A DNA stretch of 64,000 bases from a virus: IMG/VR virus record IMGVR_UViG_3300028571_000009, one strand, 5' to 3'. A program made the position numbers and the translations under genes. This document shows positions 30,931 through 38,989 of the stretch, piece after piece (position 1 is the first letter of the stretch; the number at the start of each line of letters is the position of its first letter). The notes beneath the pieces were generated by a model. The model did not search any database and was not told where the DNA came from. It worked only from the letters and a program-made list of their open reading frames with translations.

Positions 30931-32058
30931 ATGAAATTATCATCAGTCAAGAAAATCATTAGAGAAGAAGTTAAGAGAGTTCTTCATGAAGACGCTACTA
31001 ACCAAACAGTTGTAGATATTGTAGCAAAAACTACATTAGATAATTTCGGTCCAAAAGTTAAGGCTCGTGTCCTACATTTTAAGGATAACATGTATACTGT
31101 AGGTCTTAGAAAAGGTATTAACGGTTTATATGACCCGCGATACTATAGTATGTTAGCTGATGATTTAAGAAATAATTTACCGAAAGAATGGTTAGAGCAA
31201 TCATCTGTTGACGCGGTAAAAATTGGTACCGGCGGAGCAACCGAAGGTTCTATAATACTGCGGTTATCTCCAGTCGGTATTAAAGCTGTTGGTAAGTTAG
31301 CGAGATTCGGAGAATCAATTATTAAAGAAGCATACCCTAGAAGCACTCCGAACACGAAATTAACCTTATCCCTTATAAAAAATCAAAATAAAATGAGAAA
31401 ACCAAAATTATTAAAGGAGTCGATGATGTCTGAGATTGACCTGTTAGCTCAAGAAAGCGACGACGTTAAAACGTTCCTAAGTAAACTTAAACCATTCCTG
31501 CAGAAATTTGCGGCAGATGATAAAGCGTATGCTGACCCTAAAGTACTTAAAGGTATTGTGGCTATGTATTTTGACCCGAAAGGAGTTAAAGTAGCAATGG
31601 ATGAAAGCGTATCTAAATTAACCGAAATGATTCGTGCTGAGATTAAGAAAGTTCTTAAAGAAGATTCGAGACAAGCGACATCTGCGGAATTCCAAAAAGC
31701 TAGTAAATTTGCGGCCACGAAAGGAATGAAATTATCTAGTATCGGTGTTGATAAAAAGACCGGAAAAGTAAAAATTCAAGCTTCTAAGAGTGAAACATCA
31801 CCGGAAGAAGAATTTGAATTAGATGAATCTGTACCGACTCTGAGAAAATTAAAAGTTGGTAGTTTTGTAACGCCAAAAATAGGACCGCATAAAGGTCAGA
31901 AGCATGAAATAATTCATGACTTCGGTAATGGTAAATACAATATCAAACCAGTCGGATTAACGGGCGCACAAATTAAATACAAATTGGGCGCAGCCGGCGC
32001 AACAGAAGACCAATTTGATGTTGTACGAGAATCAATAAAAAAGCCGTCAAAGAGATGA
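30931..32058 (+). CDS. Leader-bearing multi-module protein (possible polyprotein)
   Basis: MKLSSVKKIIREEVKRVLHE; internal IIKE, LLKE and IRAEIKKVLKE; C-terminal KOW/SH3-like module. Confidence 0.6.
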   Translation: MKLSSVKKIIREEVKRVLHEDATNQTVVDIVAKTTLDNFGPKVKARVLHFKDNMYTVGLRKGINGLYDPRYYSMLADDLRNNLPKEWLEQSSVDAVKIGTGGATEGSIILRLSPVGIKAVGKLARFGESIIKEAYPRSTPNTKLTLSLIKNQNKMRKPKLLKESMMSEIDLLAQESDDVKTFLSKLKPFLQKFAADDKAYADPKVLKGIVAMYFDPKGVKVAMDESVSKLTEMIRAEIKKVLKEDSRQATSAEFQKASKFAATKGMKLSSIGVDKKTGKVKIQASKSETSPEEEFELDESVPTLRKLKVGSFVTPKIGPHKGQKHEIIHDFGNGKYNIKPVGLTGAQIKYKLGAAGATEDQFDVVRESIKKPSKR

Positions 32059-32339
32059 AATTATCCACAATCAAACAATTAATTCGGGAAGAAGTTAAAA
32101 ATATTCTTACGGAAGAATCCGTCCCGAAAAAGATAAAGGATTTACGTGAACTTAATAAGTATTTTTTAAGTTCAGAAGTAGATACTATTTCAAATGATAT
32201 ATGGGGTAAAAACTCAACCCGTATCGTTAAGGATAAATTTAACAAACCTTATTGGGTGAAATATGTCTATAAAGGTACATATAACAGATATCTAGAATTT
32301 AGACCGGCGACAGGAACGACACCCGGTCATTATAATTAA
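32055..32339 (+). CDS. Leader-bearing putative internal head protein
   Basis: MKLSTIKQLIREEVKNILTE. Confidence 0.6.
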   Translation: MKLSTIKQLIREEVKNILTEESVPKKIKDLRELNKYFLSSEVDTISNDIWGKNSTRIVKDKFNKPYWVKYVYKGTYNRYLEFRPATGTTPGHYN

Positions 32340-32386
32340 TGAACACGTGAAGTTATCACATGTTAACCGATATTAGATAAAAAATC

Positions 32387-33214
32387 ATGAAAACACTTAA
32401 ACTAGCATCACTTCTTAAAGAAGAACCATTAGCTCAAGAGCAAGATAACAATTACATGTTTTTTCAAAATTTGAAAACTATACATCATGCTGTTAGTCAT
32501 TTATTGAAAATGGATGAAAGCTCAATTTCAAAATTATTGTCAGATGGACATGGCTGGGCATTAGACCACATAACAACTTCTGCTGATGATATTGAGGAAG
32601 TATATCATTTTTTAACTAGTAATTTATTAGGTGAAGCCGGAAACATCAATGAAGGTCTAGGAGCATTTCGTCGTTTAGTAATTACAACCAAAAAACTTGG
32701 TGTAGTTAAACGTGAAGTAGAAGCTTTTATCAACCGCGAAAATATTAAAGCCGATTACCCAGATGCAAAGATAACCATTAAAACGGTTGTACTGGCTGAT
32801 AGATTAATAGTAGATGTTGAAGCAACGAGTGGTACTGCATTAGCCAGTAAAATTCTTGATATCGTTAAGAAGTTCGATAAAGACGCAGTAGTTAAAGTTC
32901 GTAAGGAAAAGAAATTAAGTGCTGTAACAGAAGCAACAGTTGCTAATGCCGATTTATTCGGTCGCCAAAGGTTTATCGGAACGGTAGTATCAAACTACAC
33001 ATTAGCTGAATTAGTTAAGTTATTTAAAATAAGCGAAAAACGCGGACATCCTGATAAGGACAAGGCGACCAAGGTCTTGACTAGGATTAAATTCTTTGAT
33101 TCTGAGGGCGATGTACCTATGAAATTTCCAAAGGATAAAACTAAAGACGGCAAAACTCTTAAGAATTTGATGGATATATGTTTCGGTCGTAAAACACCGT
33201 ACTCACAAATGTAA
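32387..33214 (+). CDS. Leader-bearing multi-module protein
   Basis: MKTLKLASLLKEE; NYMFFQNL...DGHGWALDH domain. Confidence 0.6.
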   Translation: MKTLKLASLLKEEPLAQEQDNNYMFFQNLKTIHHAVSHLLKMDESSISKLLSDGHGWALDHITTSADDIEEVYHFLTSNLLGEAGNINEGLGAFRRLVITTKKLGVVKREVEAFINRENIKADYPDAKITIKTVVLADRLIVDVEATSGTALASKILDIVKKFDKDAVVKVRKEKKLSAVTEATVANADLFGRQRFIGTVVSNYTLAELVKLFKISEKRGHPDKDKATKVLTRIKFFDSEGDVPMKFPKDKTKDGKTLKNLMDICFGRKTPYSQM

Positions 33215-33297
33215 AACATTTCGGTAAGAAGAATAGATTTTAAATACTGATTATAAAATTAGTACAATTCTATATTTATTACTAAATAATATAGTTT

Positions 33298-34158
33298 ATG
33301 GTACAGGTTACGGATGCATATCCAAAAGGTGAAATCACAGATTCACAATTAAAAGAAATAGCTTTACAAAAGTTCAAACAGGACGACGCTAAAGCATTCA
33401 ATTTTCCAACAGAAATAATAGATTTACCATCAAAAGGATTAGTATATCCCGAAGGTAATCCATTGTCGTCAGGTAAAGTAGAAATGAAGTACATGACCGC
33501 GAAAGAAGAAGATATTCTTACTTCCGCGAACCTTATTAAACAAGGTGTTGTACTTGATAAGCTATTTCAATCGATGATAGTAACACCAATCAAATATAAT
33601 GATTTGATTACCGGTGATAAAAATGCTATCATGGTTGCCGCGAGAGTATTGGGTTATGGTAAGGATTACGAAGTAGAAGTTACTTGCCCTGAATGTGGTG
33701 AGAAATCGAAAATTGTAATTGACCTAGGCAAATTAGCTGATAAGTCTATATCAGATGATGTGGTGGTAGAATCACCAAATAACTTTAAGTTCACATTACC
33801 GCAAACAAAACGGGAAGTTACCTTTAAGTTATTAACTCATGGTGATGAAAGAAAGATTGACTATGAGCTAGAAGCTCTTAATAAGAAGTCTAAGAATAAA
33901 GATTCAGTAAGTCCAGAACTATCTACTAGAATGAAGCATGTTATCACATCAGTAGATGGTAATGATGACCAAGCGGTAATTAATAACTTTGTTGATAACG
34001 AATTATTTGCTCAAGATTCAAAAGCATTAAGAGCATATATCAAAAGCATCGCACCGGATGTCAATTTAACATTTGATTTCGAGTGTAAGAGTTGCGGACA
34101 TATCAAGGAGAATATGTCAATTCCAATTGACATTAACTTTTTTTGGCCTACCACTTAA
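33298..34158 (+). CDS. Tail / baseplate-hub assembly chaperone (gp26-like)
   Basis: FPTEIIDLPSKG, MTAKEEDIL, RVLGYG, two CxxC pairs, ends FFWPTT. Confidence 0.8.
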   Translation: MVQVTDAYPKGEITDSQLKEIALQKFKQDDAKAFNFPTEIIDLPSKGLVYPEGNPLSSGKVEMKYMTAKEEDILTSANLIKQGVVLDKLFQSMIVTPIKYNDLITGDKNAIMVAARVLGYGKDYEVEVTCPECGEKSKIVIDLGKLADKSISDDVVVESPNNFKFTLPQTKREVTFKLLTHGDERKIDYELEALNKKSKNKDSVSPELSTRMKHVITSVDGNDDQAVINNFVDNELFAQDSKALRAYIKSIAPDVNLTFDFECKSCGHIKENMSIPIDINFFWPTT

Positions 34159-34375
34159 TTACAAACCGATATTACATGGTGAACTCCATGATATAGTATT
34201 TTATGGTCGTGGCGGATATGATTGGGTCACGGCGTATAATTGGCCAATATGGCTAAGACGCTTTTATCTCAAGAAAATTCAAGAATCATATAAAGCTGAG
34301 AAAGATGCTCATAAGAAGGCAAATGAGAATGCTGGAAAGGGACAAAAGAAATTAGCTAAACCGAATATAAGGTAA
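34139..34375 (+). CDS. Frameshift-accessed C-terminal extension of the chaperone (gp51 / lambda T-like)
   Basis: +1 frame entered at T7 run 34138-34144: FFGLPLNYKPILH...YNWPIWLRRFY; no ATG start of its own. Confidence 0.7.
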   Translation, partial: FFGLPLNYKPILHGELHDIVFYGRGGYDWVTAYNWPIWLRRFYLKKIQESYKAEKDAHKKANENAGKGQKKLAKPNIR

Positions 34376-34414
34376 TTATTCAAGATAATTATATTATATA
34401 ATCATACAACAATT

Positions 34415-34816
34415 ATGAAATTATCTGCAATCAAACAATTAATTAGAGAAGAGGTTCGCAACGTAATGAGCGAGGCAGCTACTTTAAATCTAGATAAAAA
34501 ATACTATTGGTTTGAATACTATCCACACCAGAGTAAAGCAGCAGTAGTCGTAACAGGAAAAACTCTAATGAGCTTGAAAAAACTTTATGATATTGATGAT
34601 TCCAAAGGGTTTAACAAAGCACTTGCCGCGGTTGGGGGGAAAAAAATCTATTTTGCTTCTGATGTATTTGATGAATCTTGGAAAGACATAACTAAATCTC
34701 TTGCTGCAGGAAAAGCTTTCGGTGATGTGACTGAAGATGGCTCTTTTGCAATTTCTCCAAATAGCATGGCTGAAGCTAAAAAGATAGTAAGGGAGATTGA
34801 AGCGGATACCGACTAA
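34415..34816 (+). CDS. Leader-bearing putative internal head protein
   Basis: MKLSAIKQLIREEVRNVMSE. Confidence 0.6.
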   Translation: MKLSAIKQLIREEVRNVMSEAATLNLDKKYYWFEYYPHQSKAAVVVTGKTLMSLKKLYDIDDSKGFNKALAAVGGKKIYFASDVFDESWKDITKSLAAGKAFGDVTEDGSFAISPNSMAEAKKIVREIEADTD

Positions 34817-34844
34817 GTAGCTCCGTACGGTAGTTGTATATAAT

Positions 34845-34871
34845 AAGACGCATCATTAATTTGATGCGTTT
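34845..34871 (+). terminator. Probable intrinsic terminator
   Basis: ACGCATCA-ttaatt-TGATGCGT-TT. Confidence 0.6.
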
Positions 34872-34907
34872 CCATGTTCGCATATATTTATATAAAATAG
34901 AATCTAC

Positions 34908-35777
34908 ATGACTCGAATTAAATTAAAATCATTACTAAAAGAAGATGCTGAAGACGATGTGACACAGCTAATTACTAAGGTAAAGAACTATGATGAATTC
35001 GTTGCAAAGTTGGGCGATTTAGTTAAAGATGATAAAGTACGCAATTTTCTAAATTCTGGTAAGATAGACGGCGATAAATCGGACGACTCATTTACTGTAA
35101 CGAGTAAGACACTTGCCGTTAAAGACCTTCGACCTACACAGAATGAAATAGATATTGAGAAGTCGTTAAAATACCCACTAACGAATGCACAATCATTAGA
35201 GAGCTGTTTAAAGGGGGTAGCCGTAACGCTGAAAGCACCGATAGTAACATATAAAGGTGAGTTTATAATAGACGGTCACCACAGATGGAGTCAATTATAT
35301 GCTGTTAATAGCAAAGCAACAATTACATCATATGATTTAACTGGTGTTGAGTTAGACCCTATCGAAGTATTAAAAGTAATGCAACTGGGCATCGGAGCAG
35401 AGTTGGGGAAACTACCCACAGGTGAGGTTGGTGGGCCAAATTTACTAACAGCTGGGCCGGATATTATAAAAAAATTTATAAGTAAAACAATTATACCTGA
35501 TTGTATTTCGGTATTTAAACGGTTTCGGTCAAAAGTTGCAAATATCAATACGGCAGATGGTATAGCCGATGGTATTATTCTACCAAATGTAGAAATGATG
35601 AAACGCAATTCGAAACCAGTACCGGGCGCACCTAAACGCCCAGTAATGCCACAGACTGATGATGCACCTAAAGTGCTTAATAATTTAAAGGCGGGCCTTA
35701 TCAATTATAATAAACCATATAATGCTTCCACTGAATCTATTTACAAGGAAATAAATAAAATACTTCAAAAACTATGA
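34908..35777 (+). CDS. ParB/Srx-like domain protein with leader
   Basis: MTRIKLKSLLKE; LRPTQ, PIVT...IIDGHHRW. Confidence 0.7.
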   Translation: MTRIKLKSLLKEDAEDDVTQLITKVKNYDEFVAKLGDLVKDDKVRNFLNSGKIDGDKSDDSFTVTSKTLAVKDLRPTQNEIDIEKSLKYPLTNAQSLESCLKGVAVTLKAPIVTYKGEFIIDGHHRWSQLYAVNSKATITSYDLTGVELDPIEVLKVMQLGIGAELGKLPTGEVGGPNLLTAGPDIIKKFISKTIIPDCISVFKRFRSKVANINTADGIADGIILPNVEMMKRNSKPVPGAPKRPVMPQTDDAPKVLNNLKAGLINYNKPYNASTESIYKEINKILQKL

Positions 35778-36127
35778 CTCGAATTAAATTAAAAGGCCTT
35801 ATAAAAGAAGCTGACGTCGTGCCTACTGACCCGACTGGTAATAAAATTAGTGACCCAACAGTCATTAGAAATCTTAACATGGCCGTAAAAGCTGTTAGCT
35901 CGGCAATTCGGCCGAAACTACTTCAGCTTATCGAAGACCCGGCCGCAGCAAAAGAACTCAAAAGTCCGGCACAACGTGCGGCGGTAGTAGGGGCTATTGC
36001 TATAGCATTTGGTATATCAGAAAAAGAATTCGCACAGATAGTAACTAAAATAAAGGGTATGCTTAATAAAGCAGAACCTGTCGAGACCACACCTGGTACG
36101 CCATCTAAAACATTTCCAGTAACATGA
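35774..36127 (+). CDS. Leader-bearing hypothetical protein
   Basis: MTRIKLKGLIKE. Confidence 0.55.
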   Translation: MTRIKLKGLIKEADVVPTDPTGNKISDPTVIRNLNMAVKAVSSAIRPKLLQLIEDPAAAKELKSPAQRAAVVGAIAIAFGISEKEFAQIVTKIKGMLNKAEPVETTPGTPSKTFPVT

Positions 36128-36492
36128 AAAAATCAAGACTAGAACAAATCATTCGGGAAGAACATAATGCCGTTCATGGTAAAAAGATAATTACAGAAGA
36201 AAGTTTAATTACTAAGATTCTGGCTTTAATCTTATCACCTAAGGTTAAGAAGGAAGTTGCTAAGATAAAGAAGACTCCTGAATATATTGAACTTGAACAA
36301 CAAGCGACATTAGCCATTAAGGAGCTTGAAGCTATAAATAAAAAATTGGAACGGGTTTATGCTGACCGAGTAGATTTAGAAAAAGAAGCTAAAAAAATAG
36401 GAATAAAGGGTTATAGACAAGATATGGATTATTTCGAATTACGTGCATTGTTTGGTCCGATTTATAAAAAACTAGGGAAACATAATATCTAA
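36124..36492 (+). CDS. Hypothetical helical protein upstream of the tape measure gene
   Basis: MKKSRLEQIIREE...IITEE. Confidence 0.55.
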   Translation: MKKSRLEQIIREEHNAVHGKKIITEESLITKILALILSPKVKKEVAKIKKTPEYIELEQQATLAIKELEAINKKLERVYADRVDLEKEAKKIGIKGYRQDMDYFELRALFGPIYKKLGKHNI

Positions 36493-36494
36493 TT

Positions 36495-38960
36495 ATGAAG
36501 GCCAAGGAAGAGCAACGTAAACTCAAACAGATTGAAGACCAAAATAAAATTCTAAAGGAACAGTTAGAATTAGAAAGTGTACAGGTTCAAAATTTAACTA
36601 AACAGGTTTCATTATTACAACAAAAAAAGAAACTAGACGAGGAAATAACTAATCAATCTAGAGACTACACAACTTTGTTGCAAGACCGTTTTAAGCGATT
36701 AAAGGATTCAGATAAAATAGAAGAAAGGCAACTGGCCCGTAGTATGGAACAGTTGAATATAGAAAAAGACCTAGAAGATATAGCGAATAAGTTAACCAAA
36801 CTATCAAAAATTAAAGATGATAAACAATTAAAAGAATATAATCTAACTACGGAGCAGGTCAATGAGATACGGGAACAATTGAAATTCATGGAAACAGCGT
36901 ATAAGACACGTAAAGCCGACTTACCGTTAGTATATGCACAAATAGACGCTCAAAAGAAATTAAATGAAATAACAGCAAAATTTGGTAGTACTATTAAAGG
37001 GACGACCAAATTTTTAGACACTATAGAAGCAAAAATTAGAGCGATGCCCGTTGTCGGTGATATGCTTGGCGATGTATTACCATTTGAAAACGTAAAAAAA
37101 TCTATACAGGATAAAGTCGGTAAAACTTTGTTAAACGTATTCAGCAAGTCTTCAAAATCTGCCGAAGCAGTTGGTGCGGGTTTAGAAGGTGGTATGGCTG
37201 CCGGCACTAAAGGAGCGATGGTTTTTGGTACCACATTAACTGTAGCCACCGCTGGGATATTATTAGTAATCGGGGCTATTGTAATGGCAATGAAGTTTTT
37301 TGTTGATACCGCATTGGAAGCTGACCATCATGTTACGGGAATTGCGAAGAATCTTAATATTTCAAAATCCGCAGCATTTGAATTAGAACATTCATTAGGC
37401 CATCAGAATGAGTTTCTGGGTAAAAATGCTGTGTTATATGAAAATATAGTAAAATACTCAGATATTTTACATAAAAATTTCGGTCAGGCTGGGGCGGTGT
37501 TAGCAAAAGATGTGATGCCTAGAATGCAAGAGTTGCAACATAATATGCAATTATCGGATGAGGAGTTAGGTAGTATGGTGTCCACCGCAGCGGTTTTAGG
37601 AACATCATTCGCCGGCACTGCAGATAAAGCATCGGAATTTGAAACTTCCGCAATAAACGCGACTAAGGAATTTTACGAACAACGAGGCATACAGATAACA
37701 AACGCTGATTTGATGGCTGACGTTAGAGAAAACATGCAGCAAGTTACTGGTATAACTAAAAAGAGTCTAGCAATGTATGGAAAGTCGACAACGGAATTGC
37801 TTAAACAGGTACAAACGATACGTAAATTAGGATTAGAATTTGAACAAGTAGTAAAAATTTCGGAAGCTTCTTTAGACATTGAAAATAGTGTAGGAAATGA
37901 AATGCAGGCAAATGTATTGCTCGGTAAATCATTTAATCTTAATGCGGTGCGATATGCAAGTATTTACGGTAAGGTAGAAGATGTTGCAAAAGCAGTTAAC
38001 GAACAATTTGAACAACAGAATGTTAGTTTAGAGTCATTTAATGATATGATACCGTTTCAGAAAAAACAAATGGCTCAGTTGTTTGGTATGGGTGAAGATG
38101 AGATACAACAAATGTTATTACGTAATAAATTACAGGATACATTAACGGATAAGTATGCTGATGGCGGGAAAGAAGTATTAGATAATATTAGAACGGGGAA
38201 GACTTCTATAGAGGATGCTAAAAAGTTACTAGTACAACAAGGTAACCTTACAGAAGAGCAGGCACAGCAGTTAATTCTTGCAGAGAGAAAAACTACAGTA
38301 CAGCAAGACATGGCAATGATTCAAGACCAATTGACTCAATCGATAAAAGCTAATATGCCGGGGATACAATCTTTTATTAAAACGATAGCAGATTTTGGTA
38401 CCGGAGTACAAAAGGCCGGCGGGTTGAAAAATTATATACTTGGTGGTGAAATTAAAACTGTTACATCAGAAAAAACTGGAAAAACCGCAGACTATGAAAC
38501 CGCAAATATTTTAAATATTGGTCACAGGGATGCACTTGAAGGATTAAGTAGAACATTTACTGATATGTTCCATGGAGAGTTTCATTCAAGTTTATCGGAT
38601 GTAATCACTAAAATCCGTAAAGAAAAAGCAGTGGCTACCTCCGAAGTTTCAGGGGGAGGTGCAACAGGCGGCTGGGGTACAGAACAGCAGGATTTCATTT
38701 CACGCCCCGGCCAAGACCCGATATCATTTAATAGAGATGACATTATAATAGGAGCGACGTCTCCATTTGGTGGTTCGTCTGATAACGGTGATACCATGAA
38801 TATCCTAAAGGAACAAAATGCGTTACTTGAACAACTTATCGCAGCGACCTCAGGTCCAGTACATATTAAAATCGGTTCACGAGCAATTGAAGAATTAGAT
38901 ACCCAATTAAGTCTTCGAAAGAACTACAACATCGGTCCGGGCCGTGGTTTAGGTGTATAA
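36495..38960 (+). CDS. Tape measure protein
   Basis: 821 aa, long helical / coiled-coil, hydrophobic segment, EMQANVLLGKSFNL, C-terminal QDFISRPG...DIIIG; between chaperone and baseplate genes. Confidence 0.8.
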   Translation: MKAKEEQRKLKQIEDQNKILKEQLELESVQVQNLTKQVSLLQQKKKLDEEITNQSRDYTTLLQDRFKRLKDSDKIEERQLARSMEQLNIEKDLEDIANKLTKLSKIKDDKQLKEYNLTTEQVNEIREQLKFMETAYKTRKADLPLVYAQIDAQKKLNEITAKFGSTIKGTTKFLDTIEAKIRAMPVVGDMLGDVLPFENVKKSIQDKVGKTLLNVFSKSSKSAEAVGAGLEGGMAAGTKGAMVFGTTLTVATAGILLVIGAIVMAMKFFVDTALEADHHVTGIAKNLNISKSAAFELEHSLGHQNEFLGKNAVLYENIVKYSDILHKNFGQAGAVLAKDVMPRMQELQHNMQLSDEELGSMVSTAAVLGTSFAGTADKASEFETSAINATKEFYEQRGIQITNADLMADVRENMQQVTGITKKSLAMYGKSTTELLKQVQTIRKLGLEFEQVVKISEASLDIENSVGNEMQANVLLGKSFNLNAVRYASIYGKVEDVAKAVNEQFEQQNVSLESFNDMIPFQKKQMAQLFGMGEDEIQQMLLRNKLQDTLTDKYADGGKEVLDNIRTGKTSIEDAKKLLVQQGNLTEEQAQQLILAERKTTVQQDMAMIQDQLTQSIKANMPGIQSFIKTIADFGTGVQKAGGLKNYILGGEIKTVTSEKTGKTADYETANILNIGHRDALEGLSRTFTDMFHGEFHSSLSDVITKIRKEKAVATSEVSGGGATGGWGTEQQDFISRPGQDPISFNRDDIIIGATSPFGGSSDNGDTMNILKEQNALLEQLIAATSGPVHIKIGSRAIEELDTQLSLRKNYNIGPGRGLGV

Positions 38961-38989
38961 ATCTAGATTTGTAATATTTATAGATAATA

